From contig NC_068990.1 in NCBI RefSeq assembly GCF_001194135.2, positions 33,324,149 to 33,388,148 of the forward strand: 64,000 bases of DNA. Direction: 5' to 3'. This stretch comes from Octopus bimaculoides (Eukaryota). Both the position numbers and the translations under genes were made by a program. Each line of letters opens with the position of its first letter. Within the stretch, counting starts at the first letter, position 1. The notes beneath the pieces are model-generated. The model was given only the letters and a program-made list of their open reading frames with translations, ran no database searches and was not told where the DNA came from. This document shows positions 1 through 11,729 of this stretch, one piece after another.

Positions 1-137
1 GCAGGGGAAGAGTGCTTAACGCCCTCCTGATACTTGGATGTCATCACGGAAGATACTCAACACCTAAGCACCAATCTCAAAATCCTAGCAGTCCCCAGTA
101 GAGCAGTTTTTTGGGAATGCTCTGCCATTGTCAGTTC

Positions 138-138
<1 letters not shown>
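1..138 (-). mobile_element. 3' fragment of an RLE-type (R4/Dong-like) non-LTR retrotransposon
   Basis: Minus strand reads ...QKTALLGTARILRLVLRC*, the typical C-terminus of RLE non-LTR ORFs. Its 5'-truncated end abuts (ATT)n at 139-177, and the 3' end runs off the window. Confidence 0.75.
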
Positions 139-177
<39 letters not shown>

Positions 178-618
178 GTTCAGTAGTTTTATTTTTATAA
201 TGTGCTTTCACTTCACTACCGAGCGCAGCTCTGTGCACCTTGGGTATGTGCTGTGGTTTGCTGTGGTGCTCTTATGGCTACTGTATTGAAAGTGTTTTGC
301 GTGGGATGTTTGCATTGCCCAGTAGGGCAATTTTCTGTATGTTATATATATTTGTAAGTCCTGGTGTTTTTGTTATGTATTTGTCTGAATATTTTTTTAT
401 TATACCTAAGGCACCTACTATGATAGGAATTGTTTCTGTTTTTAGATTCCACATTCGAGTTACCTCTATTTTCAGGTCTTTGTATTTTGAAAGTTTTTCC
501 ATTTCTTTTAAAGAAACGTTGTCATCTGCTGGTATTGATACATCAATTAGAAAGCATTTTTTTTCTTCATGATCTTTGACAACTATATCTGGTCTATTTG
601 TCTTAATTTCTCTATCTA
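178..618 (-). mobile_element. 5'-truncated R4/Dong-like RLE non-LTR retrotransposon (endonuclease domain + 3' UTR)
   Basis: ORF 278..637(-) contains RPDIVV..K..CFLIDVSIP...KEMEKLSKYKDL...IPIIVGALG...IQKIALLG, a PD-(D/E)xK restriction-like endonuclease. It is flanked on both sides by (ATT)n. Confidence 0.9.
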
Positions 619-671
619 TCATCATTATTATTATCATTATAATTATTATTATTATTATTATTATTATTATT

Positions 672-885
672 GGTGGTGAGCTGGCAGAATCGTTAGCACG
701 TTGGATGAAATGCTTAGTGGTATTTCACCTGTCGCAACGATGTGTGTTCAAATTCTGCCGAGGTCAACTTTGCCTTTTATCCTTTCCGGGTCAATAATGT
801 AAGTACCAATTGAACACTGGGGTCGATGTAATCAATTATCCCCCTCCCCCAAATTTCAGGCTTTGTGCCTATAGTAGGAAGGATT
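672..885 (+). mobile_element. tRNA-derived SINE, family A
   Basis: Head GGTGGTGAGCTGGCAGAATCGTTAG, B-box-like GTTCAAATTC, central CCTTTC-GGGTC-ATAA-AAGTACC block and (ATT)n tail. Homologous copies recur in the window. Confidence 0.85.
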
Positions 886-921
886 ATCATCATTATTATT
901 ATTATTTTTATTATTATTATT

Positions 922-1136
922 GGTGGTGAGCTGGAGGATCATTAGCGTGCTGGGTGAAATGCTTAGTAGTATTTCGCTTGTTGCTATGTTCTGAGTTCAA
1001 ATTCCACTGAGGTTGACTTTGCCTTTCTGCCTTTCAGGTTCAATAAATTAAGTACCAGAAAAAAACTGGGGGTCCATGTAATTGACTAGGCCCCTCCCAT
1101 CATATTTTAGGCCTTGTGGCTTTGAGTAGAAAGGTT
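922..1136 (+). mobile_element. tRNA-derived SINE, family A (tandem neighbour)
   Basis: Same head, body and tail as 672-885, separated from it by (ATT)n. Confidence 0.85.
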
Positions 1137-2959
1137 CATTATTATTATTATTATTATCGTCATCATTATTATATCTTATAAATAAGAAATATCCAACCCT
1201 AGAAGTTGCTGACTCTGCAAGCCACTACACAAGCATCCTGTCTGAGAAAGCAAGTACCACTGAACTGAAATTACTGCTGGATAGAATGGTCTCCTTAATC
1301 CTTCTACAGCCAGTCATTTAAGCATGAGTTGCATAATGAAATGCTCAAAGTCTACGATATTACCTGTCCAATCCGTATTCTCATCGGAAAATTTATATAA
1401 AACTTTGATGATAAATAATGACTTACATTATTAAAGAGGATAGTGTATGAAATCTATAAACAGATGTGATAAACAGGATATAGCATATTAGTGTTCATCA
1501 CACGTATGGCTTCAGGATAATAATGTGTTTCACAAAGTATCAAATACTGTCATTATTATTATGATCTCAGGTAATGACTGCAACATTGAACATCTGCATC
1601 GTTACAAGATCCTACTCACTTTGGATGTATTTCATAATGAAAGGGATTTATTGACAGAGGCAGATCTTATCTTAAAGGTTAAAACTATCAAGAACGTTTA
1701 TGATTGGTGATCTACTAACACACCTTTATACTAGCTCTATTAATTCTGCATTTGCTACACTATGCATAAATAGAAAATAAAATAATGGAAACAGTTATAA
1801 GTGATACGGGTGGAATTATGTTTAATAAATAAAATACTAAATGACTAAAATATACTGACACTTTACAAGGAAACAAAAAATAGCAGTAACTATTACAACA
1901 ATATATGTCAATACATAATATTGTCTTTGTTGACAAGTATGGAGAGGCAATCTAGACTCATTTCTTCTTTCTTTGAAGATCCAGCAGCTAATGAAACCTG
2001 TTGAAGTATTTGAGAAAAACCTCTCGGTAAACATACTAAATCATTCACTTATTGCTGTGAGTTAAAAGAAATACTGGCAGTTTAAATATGTATTCAGTTA
2101 AAATACAGATATTTAAAAATGTCTTGTACATCTTCTACAAGGTAATTAGGTAATAGACATGTATACAAAAACATGATTAAGAACATTTAACTTTGAAGAA
2201 TATTTATAGATGTGGTTATGGATAAATTTAATCTGTCAGTAATTTCTGTTTGCCCCCCCCCCCCACACCAACAGTTGTATGATTTATTATACTAGCTTTG
2301 CTTTGTGTTTATATACGGTTTGGTAACTAGCTGAAGCACTGCACTTTGCTGTTGAACTGTCAAAGAGAAATGAAACACATACAGAGTTTTCCTGCATTTT
2401 GACCTGATAAAAACAATTATGCATCAACTATTATTTTCTTTGACAATATGTTTATACATTAATTGCTTAATATTGTCCTAATTAGATACAGATATGGAAG
2501 GTACTCATATTAGTAATACAGTGAGTTGAAAAACTTTGATAAACTGAGATTATCCAGGCAGTTAATAGACAAAAACTCTCTTCAGATATATTGAAGATTT
2601 AAAAAGAAAAACAAAACAAAACAACACAAAAACAAATCCAATAAATGAAATTTCTGAAAAATCAAGACGTATAAAATATTTTATGGCTATATATAACTGG
2701 CTATCAAATGGAAAATGGTCTGGAAAACTTTTGAATCTACATCATATGACTCGTAGTGGTTGGTTTGTATCATCTGATGTACACAGGAACAGAGAGAAGC
2801 TAAGTTTGTTGTTGTGTTACAGTGTGAAAGAGGAACATTTCATAGTAACATGGGCATGTGAGGAGACTAATAAGTTCTCTCTGCTCTGTATTAGATTCTG
2901 TTTAGAGTTACTAACCTCTCAAATGGCTAGCTGCATGATGGCATGTAGAGTTCACATTT

Positions 2960-3030
2960 CATTTGTGCATTCCATTTCAGTTTCACATTTCATTTGTTCA
3001 CATTTCATTTGGGTATTCCATTTCATGGTT
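2960..3030. repeat. Short degenerate tandem repeat (CACATTTCATTTG-like unit)
   Basis: TTCACATTTCATTTG recurs three times with CATTCCATTTC spacers. Confidence 0.7.
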
Positions 3031-3207
3031 TCTGTAGCTAGCTGTTTTACCTAACAACATACACTTTACAGAGTGAACTGAGTGAAGTGAGGCTGAAGAA
3101 GAAATAGTACAGTGGTACTCCTTGATAGCTGGGTATGATGATGTCACCATGTTATAAAGAGATGTTGAGGAGGTGTGTTGGTTAACACACACATACACAT
3201 ACTCACA

Positions 3208-3245
<38 letters not shown>

Positions 3246-4038
3246 AGAGATAAATGTCTGATAGACCTGCATAGTGTGGATGTGTCTTTAAAACAAAACT
3301 AGATCTCTTCCAGTCAAGGGTTCCAGACGAGCCTACCTCATGGCAGGAAACACAGATGAGGGCAGCAGCATCAAACACCCTCATTAACCAAATCCCACAT
3401 ATCAGAGGAGGTTCCAAATAACGGTGTAGCTCAGTCAATGGTGGTGCTCCAGCATGACCACAGCTTTGCAGCTGAAACATTTTTAAATAGTTAAAATAGT
3501 ATATGTTGAATATTCTGTAGATGTGCATGGAGTGGAAATGAAGTACAGGGAGAGTTACTTCTACTGAGGAAAGAGGAAAAAGAAATATTCTTTTTATAGT
3601 ACATGTGATAACATGGACATTTTCAAAGTGCTGTTTCCTTTCAACCGAGTAGATTGGTTGAAAACTTTCCATGTACATTTGATTGTTCAGAAAAACCCTA
3701 ATCAGAGTTCATTTATAGACGGCAATGAATTATATTTTGGTTGCATTTTCTCACCAATATTTTCAACTGTTTCATCTTATCAATGCGTTGTGTTCAATGA
3801 ATTCGTACATTTTTTCCATAGATAAGAAAGGTTCTGCTTTGTTACAAGTAAAAGTAAATATATGTGTGTGCGTATGTATATATATCTTTACATGTGTATT
3901 ACTGATTCTACATGCATTTGAAGTTTTATGTAAAGTAAACATAATGTATGCTCATGGATGCACAGGCATATGTAAATAAGTATGTTGTGTACATAATAGA
4001 TATATACTTATATACGCATATGTATATATATATATGTA

Positions 4039-4084
<46 letters not shown>

Positions 4085-4138
4085 CACATACATACATATA
4101 TCAGGGGTGGGGCATGCATGCATGCGTGCGTCTATAGT

Positions 4139-4183
<45 letters not shown>

Positions 4184-5669
4184 CATACACATATATTATA
4201 TATATATATATATATGTCTATGGAATACAAATACAGGAGAACAACAAGTAGCACCGTCCCTCTCTATACTATACACACATATGTGTATATATGTTTGTGT
4301 GTTTGTCTGTGTGTGCGTAAGGGGAAATTTGAAATAAACTTTGCAAACCCATTAAGTGTTTGTTCTTGAAAGAGAATCATCTTGGTACATTTCTTTCACT
4401 TTCCAATTTATTTTTATTTTTAAATTATATTATCTAATTTATTTCTATAAAATTCCTCAAAGAAAGTATTGGATGAAAGCCAAACACTTTTCATATTTAA
4501 GTCTATATAAGTTACTTATTTTCTATAAAATTCTCTCTCTTTCTCCCTCCTCTCTCTCTCCTTCTCTCCTTCTCTCTCTCTCTTCCTCTTACTCTCTTAT
4601 TTTTCCTCCTTTGCTTGTGTTTTATCACAGTTTTGATTTATTTAAATATTTTTATTAATTTTTTTTCTTGTATTTATATTTAATTTATTTTATCTTGAGT
4701 TCTGTTTCATTTTTTTTTTTCCTCTTCAGATTTTGCTTTGATTCTTTCCCCCACCCCCCATTCTATTGAGGCATGAAGTGATAAAATTACAGACACCAAA
4801 CACAAGGAAAAGACTTAATGAAAGAGAAACTATATTCACTGAAAGAAAACAGCACGTAAGTTTGGCAAACCTAGCAACAGATCTGCTAATCTGATTTATT
4901 TCTTCTCTAAACTCACATTTCTTTCTCCACCTTTATTATCATTATTATTATTAATATTATTATTATTATCATTACTATTATTATTATTATTAACTTCTCT
5001 AGCTTCTATCAAACCAATTAAGAAGAAAAACTTGTAATTTCATAAAATCTCAGGTCTCATAAGGTCAGTATTTTATCTGTAGTTTCTTCTGTGGAATTAT
5101 TTTAAAGAGGATACAGGGGTTGGGATGGCGGCCACAGTTTTAAAAGAAATGAATCAACCAAAGGTTAAATTTTCCACAAAAGAAACTGGTCTTTCCAGAT
5201 AGACAAAGAAGAAGAATTGATGATTTCATGTAGAAGCATCGGAGACACATTTGCTTACCTTCTGAAATTACTGGTGTTTTATTAGTGTTTAATTACAAAG
5301 ATCTGTTATATTATGGAATATCTCTGTAGATTTTTAGCCATCATTGTGTGTATAGATAGGCATAAACATCTTGTCTTTATACACAATATTTTTGTGGGCT
5401 GAAAAACTAAAATCTGCTGAATTTGTTTTTATACTATGCTGGGATTTTATTAATGAGTGATTACTCTCTTTAATTATTCACTGCTAAGGAACCCATTTTT
5501 ACTTAAAGATTAAGGAAACTGAATAGACTGAAATACCTACACCTGTCTATATTATATACTGAGCTCACTAAAATCTAGGGGTATACATTTAATAATACCA
5601 TGCAGCATTGATACAAAATATAGCTAATGCATTCAGACTAGTGCCACAATAGAAGTGAAATCATAAAAT

Positions 5670-5950
5670 GAAGGTACCACATAAAAACATTGGTGTCAGT
5701 GTGGTGCCATATGAAAAGCACTTGTGATGGTCCCATGGGCCATGTAAAAAACCACTGGTGATGGTACCATGTATAAAGCATCCAGTACACTCTATGGAGC
5801 AGTTGGCATTAGGAAGGGCATCCAGCTGTAGAAACCATGCTAAAACAGACTATGGATCCTGGTGCAGCTTCTGGCATTGTCAGTTACTGTCAAACAATCC
5901 AACCCATGCCAACATAGAAAACTAGCATTAAATGTTGATGATGATGATGT
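5670..5950 (+). mobile_element. SINE, family C (LINE-like 3' tail ending in (GAT)n)
   Basis: Contains GGCATTAGGAAGGGCATCCAGCTGTAGAAAC...AACCCATGCC..CAT.GAAAA...(GAT)n, shared with copies at 30197, 50760, 52815 and 53985. Confidence 0.8.
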
Positions 5951-6349
5951 TGCTGGTCTGAGAATAACTTTGTCCTTTGCATCCACCGGCATTGGAGGAT
6001 CTGAGAAATTAAAAGGTCTTAACTCTACTCTTCTTTTCCTGAGTAATTGGTAAACGAAGTGCTAAACTTTGTATACCGATGATCTATTTCTTACTGCAGA
6101 AACTGTTCAAAGCATAGAAAAATGGTTGTTAGTTCTAAGATCTAACTGGTCAACATAATAAAGTGATAATCAGTAACTAGTTAATAAAATGGATCATGAA
6201 AACTCGGTGTTATCTGGGAAGTGCACTTGATGTATAGGAAGAAGTTAAGGATAAACTCTACACATTGTACTCAATGAGTGCACAAACACAACAGTTATGC
6301 ATCTGTGAAGTTCATAGAGAACCAATACTTCAGCTGTGATAAATGTATA

Positions 6350-6736
6350 TGTTGTTGGCACTCCGTCGCTTACGACGTCGAGGGTTCCAGTTGATCCGAT
6401 CAACGGAACAGCCTGCTCGTGAAATTAACGTGCAAGTGGCTGAGCACTCCACAGACACGTGTACCCTTAACGTAGTTCTTGGGGATATTCAGCGTGACAC
6501 AGAGTGTGACAAGGCTGACCCTTTGAATTACAGGTACAACAGAAACAGGAAGTAAGAGTGAGAAAAAGTTGTGGTGAAAGAGTACGGCAGGGTTCACCAC
6601 CATCCCCTGCCGGAGCCTCGTGGAGCTTTAGGTGTTTTCGCTCAATAAACACTCACAACGCCCTGTTTGGGAATCGAAACTGTAATCCTATGACCGTGAG
6701 TCCGCTGCCCTAATCACTGGGCCATTGCGCTTCCAC
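6350..6736 (-). mobile_element. Apparently young, full-length tRNA-derived SINE with 13-bp target-site duplication
   Basis: Minus strand begins GTGGAAGCGCAATGGCCCAGTGATTAGG (A-box) and has GTTTCGATTCC (B-box). The exact direct repeat TGATAAATGTATA lies at 6337-6349 and 6737-6749. Many CpGs are retained. Confidence 0.9.
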
Positions 6737-6804
6737 TGATAAATGTATAGAATGGACCAAAATTCATGCATCAAAACACTTGCCATATTATTTATGTTAT
6801 TATT

Positions 6805-7085
6805 GATTTGACTCAGGTTCGGTCATATTCCTGGTAGGATTTATGTGAGTAGCAAGTTACCACTTGTAACCTTAGATAACCACAAGCTTTCAACAGTGTT
6901 TCAAGTGCTTAGAACCCTTCCGATAATCTTTCCTGTCCCTAAGAGGCAACTTTTCTGTAGAAGCTCTACAGGACATTCTATTCTAATCTCCTTCAACCAT
7001 TTGTCTATATCTTTGCTTACAGTTCCCAATGCACCAATTATCATGGACACAACCTTTACAGATTTCAGACCTTGGTCTTGGTAAT
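6805..7085 (-). mobile_element. 3' fragment of an R4/Dong-like RLE non-LTR retrotransposon
   Basis: Minus strand translates ...VKVVSMIIGALGTVSKDIDKWLKEIRIECPVELLQKSCLLGTGKIIGRVLST*, followed by a short UTR and AATAATAAC. Listed ORF 6845..7084(+) is its antisense. Confidence 0.85.
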
Positions 7086-7089
7086 ACCC

Positions 7090-7320
7090 ATGTCTAGAAA
7101 CTTAGGTTGGGGGTAAGCAAGGGCATGCTCCCCATAGAAAATCCAGTTCCAAAAAAGCCTCATGATAGCAAAGGAGAATGGGCACCAGCCGAAAGTTTAG
7201 TGTGGGCTGCACCTACCTACCTCAGTTGCTATGATGGAGGTAGATCTGGCCACCCCTGTTAACAGGGACAAAACCCAGATTTAAAACACTGGATGATAAT
7301 GATGATGATGATGATGATAT
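7090..7320 (+). mobile_element. Interspersed repeat family E (SINE/LINE-tail-like, (GAT)n end)
   Basis: Closely similar to 56990-57325 (GTTGGGGGTAAGCAAGGGCATGCTC...AAAAGCCTCATGATAGCAAAGGAGAATGGGCACCA). Confidence 0.75.
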
Positions 7321-7794
7321 TCCAAATTCTTGCAATTTCAAATTGTAAGGTACTGCATTTTTTTTTTCATCTTCTTTCTTTATGATCCTGGAATCAAATT
7401 GACATGATGGCTCAATTAGCAAGCAACTTCAAACCGTGAATACTATTCACTTCGTCATCTTGGTACTACACACACTTCAGTGTTGGGTCTTAGTAGATTT
7501 CTCCTCTTTAAAGATCAGTAGATTCTATACTAGATGCACTCATTAGAATGCTTTAAACAACAGGTTGTGAGCCCAACAATCTTAGATCAATGCTAAAGAA
7601 AATTCCACACCAACACAGTTGGATATCAGAGAGTAAAGACAGAAAATATCAAGAAGGAATTTAAAAAAAAAAAAGAAAAAAGAATTTAGTTTATTGATCT
7701 TAATTACATAATTAGTTTGTTTACTAAGTCAACTATACTAAATTAAACACTTCTACATCAAGAAACCAATCATCATCATCAGTATACTACTGCA

Positions 7795-7802
7795 ATCTTC
7801 TT

Positions 7803-7842
<40 letters not shown>

Positions 7843-7876
7843 CACTACCACTACTACCACCACTACTACCATCACC

Positions 7877-7916
<40 letters not shown>

Positions 7917-8050
7917 TCACCATCGTCTCTACCATGACCACCATCACTACTGCTTCTGATACTGCTATTGCTAATGGTGCTGCTGCTGTTGTTAACACCA
8001 CCACCACAGCTGCTACTGCTTACTAATGCTGCTACAGCTACAGCAACAGA
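7795..8050. repeat. Compound trinucleotide microsatellite (CTA/CCA/CAT/GCT)
   Basis: Visible directly in the sequence; it generates spurious poly-V/S ORFs. Confidence 0.95.
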
Positions 8051-8323
8051 GACAAGAGTTGTACATATAATACATAGACACATACACACATATATGTGGT
8101 TTGGGGCTGGGGTTCAGTGCTACTGCATGGCACCTTAGGCAATTACCTTGAACAATAGTGCCCTGGGCCAACCAATGCTTTAGAAGTGAAAGTAGTTGAC
8201 AGAAACTGTTCAGAAGCCTGCTGCATATGTGTGCATGCATGCGTGTGTGAACGCACGTTTGTGTGTATAAGTATCATGTGCTGTTGGTGATATATTTTAC
8301 CTTCTCTGGACTTTTCGGTTTAC

Positions 8324-8359
8324 CTTTCTGACAAAGAGCTATGCTCAAAACGTCAAAAG
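8324..8359 (+). ncRNA. Degenerate minimal (short stem III) hammerhead-ribozyme-like motif
   Basis: cttt CTGACAAA GAGC-TAT-GCTC AAAAC GTC aaaag: stem I cttt/aaag, stem II GAGC/GCTC and palindromic ACGT at stem III. Two core G positions are changed to A. Confidence 0.5.
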
Positions 8360-8561
8360 TGGAAGACTGTGTCATGCTGTGGCATCTCAGGCTTAACAGA
8401 TTGTCTAAAACTGGAAGCCCTTTCTGATGCCTACCACTTTACAAATTTTACTGGGTCATATTTTTGAGGCATCAGTACTATTAAGGTTGCTTTGTAACTG
8501 GTAAAACTAAAAAAATATCACAGCTGGAAGGAAAATATGAGAATATGAGAGAAAAAAGAAA

Positions 8562-8760
8562 GGCATTGAGCTGGCAGAATCGTTAATACATTGGGCAAAA
8601 TGCTTGCTGGAGTTTTGTTGATCTGTATGCTCTGAGTTCAAATTCTGCCGAGGTTGACTTAGCCTTACATTGATAAAATAAGTCCCAGCTGTGTCCTGGG
8701 GTCGATGTAATTTACTTACCCTTCCCCTAAATTTTAGGGCCTTGTGCCAAAATTCAAAAC
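8562..8760 (+). mobile_element. tRNA-derived SINE, family A
   Basis: GAGCTGGCAGAATCGTTA...GAGTTCAAATTCTGCCGAGG...GGGGTCGATGTAAT...CCTTGTGCC, matching 672-885. Confidence 0.8.
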
Positions 8761-8954
8761 GAATATGAAAGAAGGGGTAATGATTTTAGGTGGGGGTGAA
8801 GTGTGATATGTAGAACATATTTATTGTGACAGAGAAGTAGTAGAGAGTGTAACAGAGCAGAGATAGTTGATGAGAATATGTAAGGGACAGAGAAAGGGAA
8901 GCAAAGGTGTATTGTCAAAGGCCAGTGGAATGTGGAACAAATAGTGGAAGAATA

Positions 8955-8988
<34 letters not shown>

Positions 8989-9017
8989 ATGGATACACAC
9001 ACATATACATATATACA

Positions 9018-9063
<46 letters not shown>

Positions 9064-9407
9064 NNNNNNNNNNNNNNNNNNNNNNNNNNNNNNNNNNNNN
9101 NNNNNNNNNNNNNNNNNNNNNNNNNNNNNNNNNNNNNNNNNNNNNNNNNNNNNNNNNNNNNNNNNNNNNNNNNNNNNNNNNNNNNNNNNNNNNNNNNNNN
9201 NNNNNNNNNNNNNNNNNNNNNNNNNNNNNNNNNNNNNNNNNNNNNNNNNNNNNNNNNNNNNNNNNNNNNNNNNNNNNNNNNNNNNNNNNNNNNNNNNNNN
9301 NNNNNNNNNNNNNNNNNNNNNNNNNNNNNNNNNNNNNNNNNNNNNNNNNNNNNNNNNNNNNNNNNNNNNNNNNNNNNNNNNNNNNNNNNNNNNNNNNNNN
9401 NNNNNNA
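9064..9407. other. Assembly gap (N-run) flanked by (AT)n; similar gaps at 11273-11543, 14295-14789, 44881-45438, 50714-50723, 54119-54172, 61479-62194
   Basis: Runs of n are visible directly; most are bounded by (AT)n microsatellite. Confidence 0.99.
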
Positions 9408-9494
9408 TTTCACTTCACCCTAGATTACAATCTATATACTTGTTTGTACATACATGTGTGTTAGGGTGAATTAGGGTGGAGTGAAAATAAAAAA

Positions 9495-9776
9495 AGTGTA
9501 GAAATTGAAAATGCCTAAGGCCTAAAATCATGCTACATATTATTACTAGAAAAATGCTAATTTTTCGCTTAGATCAGTCAAGGGAATTTACTCCCTCAAA
9601 CGCCACAAACTCCACTTTTGTAAAAAATTTACAAAAAAAAAAAAAACCCCACCTATTTCGGGGTTTAGGTGGCTTGAGGGAGTAAATCCCCTTAATTGAT
9701 GTCAACGAAAATTTTGCATTTTTCTAGTAATTAAATATAACAATATTTTAGCCATCAGGCATTTTCGATTTCCACT
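9495..9776. mobile_element. Fold-back/MITE-like element with long imperfect terminal inverted repeats
   Basis: Arm ~9495-9612 (GTAGAAATTGAAAATGCC...ATTACTAGAAAAATGC...TTTACTCCCTCAA) is the reverse complement of arm ~9660-9776 (TTGAGGGAGTAAAT...GCATTTTTCTAGTAAT...GGCATTTTCGATTTCCAC), with a short A-rich spacer. Confidence 0.8.
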
Positions 9777-9784
9777 AATAATTT

Positions 9785-10010
9785 GTTTAAAGTGATCAGA
9801 TGTTCGTGCTGCCCATTAGCTCACTCTCTCCATCAAATTGCTGTTGTCTGAAGAGATGGACAGTGTACCACGTGTCAGGTGTCGAAGTGATCACAGAACA
9901 ATGTGAGATTGAGTGTTTTGCTCAAAAACACAATGTGCTACCTGGTATAAGAATTGAAACCCTGATCACTAGATCGTGAGGGCAAGACCATAACCACTAA
10001 GCCATGCACC
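9785..10010 (-). mobile_element. tRNA-derived SINE, family D
   Basis: Reverse complement of head GGCTTAGTGGTTATGGT...GTTTCAATTC and body TTGTGTTTTTGAGCAAAACACT-AT-TCACATTG, shared with 12415, 24784, 26270, 50375, 58397 and 63575. Confidence 0.75.
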
Positions 10011-10936
10011 CTATACACATACATATACACTCATACGCATATAGGCATGCAAGTTGATGTGGTCATGTGGCCGAATGTCACGAGAGCTCTGGGAGATATA
10101 TATTTATATGATATATTGCTTAATCTCTGTACGAATGCGAGAGAGAAAGAGAGAGTGTGTGTGAGAAAGAGAGAAAGAGAGAGTGTGTGAGAGAGAGAGA
10201 GAGAGAGAGAGTAGTGGGGGAAGCGAGACATTCATTTTGGTTTTGTTTTGGGATCATCTGAGCTTAGAACTACAAACATGTTTAATACTACTCCATTCTA
10301 TGGAAGCTGTGACTTGAAATTAGATGAAGGAAACCAAAAATTATACTGGATACTTGGGAATTCATTTGCTGCAGATTGAAGTAAATATCAAAAAACATCA
10401 TCATCATCAGCAGTAGCAACAACAACAACAACAGCAAGCATAGTACAACAACATTAATATAAACAAAGATTGCTAATGAAATATTTCACAGAAGTAAATA
10501 AAGACTAGTAAAACAATATGAAATTAGTTTTGATATTATCTGTGGCTTTGTTTCTAATCTGTGTGTAGAAGTTGTTTGGTGGCGAAGGAAAAACTAAAAA
10601 AGAGATTTTTGAATTCAGATTAATTACGGTGTAAAAGTAATCCACCAGTAACACAACCTATCCCCAACAGGGCGGTGGTGGTGGCAGCAGCAGCAGCAGA
10701 ACTACCATCACCACCACCACCACTACCACCATTACTATGTCTGGGAATATCAAAGTAAAATCAGACAAACAACAAAACAAATTCCACAGCAATGCAATGC
10801 AGATGTAATATGCAAAAACATTTCTATATCATGTTTCCAGTAAACATACAGGAGCACCTTATCATGCTGTAGAAGCACATGCGAAACTGTTGCAAAATAC
10901 GAATGGTAAAGATGATAATAATTCTTTTGACTCTAA

Positions 10937-11145
10937 GGTGGTGAGCTGGCAGAATTGTTAGCACACTGGGCGAAATGCTTATTGCCATTTCATCTGTCTT
11001 TATGCTGAAATTCCACCGAGGTCATCTTTGCCTTTCATCCTTTCAGGGTTGATAAAATAAATACCAACTGAGTACTAGCGTTGCTGTAATCAGCTTGCCC
11101 ACCTCCCACTAAACTTGCCTGGCTTGTACCAAAATTCAAAACCAA
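10937..11145 (+). mobile_element. tRNA-derived SINE, family A
   Basis: GGTGGTGAGCTGGCAGAATTGTTAGCAC...CCTTTCAGGGTTGATAAAATAAATACCA. Confidence 0.85.
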
Positions 11146-11219
11146 TAACTCTTTTGGCTATAGGCACAAGTCCTGGAATTCAGCAAGAGGGATCTAGTCT
11201 AAAATAATTATGATATATA

Positions 11220-11272
<53 letters not shown>

Positions 11273-11543
11273 NNNNNNNNNNNNNNNNNNNNNNNNNNNN
11301 NNNNNNNNNNNNNNNNNNNNNNNNNNNNNNNNNNNNNNNNNNNNNNNNNNNNNNNNNNNNNNNNNNNNNNNNNNNNNNNNNNNNNNNNNNNNNNNNNNNN
11401 NNNNNNNNNNNNNNNNNNNNNNNNNNNNNNNNNNNNNNNNNNNNNNNNNNNNNNNNNNNNNNNNNNNNNNNNNNNNNNNNNNNNNNNNNNNNNNNNNNNN
11501 NNNNNNNNNNNNNNNNNNNNNNNNNNNNNNNNNNNNNNNNNNN

Positions 11544-11574
<31 letters not shown>

Positions 11575-11579
<5 letters not shown>

Positions 11580-11695
11580 GAAATTTATAGAAAAACAAAA
11601 GATGAAGACAGGTGTATGAACGAGAAGCAGGTATATTAGTTTGATGCTCGGGAAAAATGAAAAAGTCTTTTACATTTCGAGCCTATGCTCTTCAA
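11575..11695 (-). mobile_element. (AT)n-linked short element, Penelope-like/hammerhead-associated family
   Basis: (AT)n-AGTTGAAATTTA-AGAAAAACAAAAGA-GAAGACAGGTGTAT...AAAGTCTTTTAC-TTTCGAGCCTA-GCTCTTC. Near-identical copies at 14815 and 50227, and a related one at 55195. Confidence 0.7.
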
Positions 11696-11729
11696 TACAC
11701 ACTCACATACACACACATGTGTACACACG

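Noticed and set aside
2998-3678. 226-aa minus ORF
   Set aside because: It runs through (AG)n/(AC)n repeats and a SINE tail (GGTGCTCCAGCATG); no domain is recognised.
4730-5290. Exon-like pieces (donor CAC|gtaagt at 4856; FLLWNYFKEDTGVGMAATVLKEMNQPK; IDKEEELMISCRSIGDTF)
   Set aside because: Frames are inconsistent or stop-containing, donors are weak and no family is recognised, so they are not supportable as CDS.
7432-7460. Hairpin GTGAATACTATTCAC preceded on the minus strand by ATGACGAA (hammerhead-like)
   Set aside because: It lacks the GAAA half of the catalytic core and stem I pairing.
9461-9480. TTAGGG motifs (also near 60275) as telomeric repeat
   Set aside because: Only one or two non-tandem copies occur; this is not an array.
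10518-10570. Signal-peptide-like MKLVLILSVALFLICV*
   Set aside because: It is immediately followed by a stop, with no convincing donor or downstream exon.
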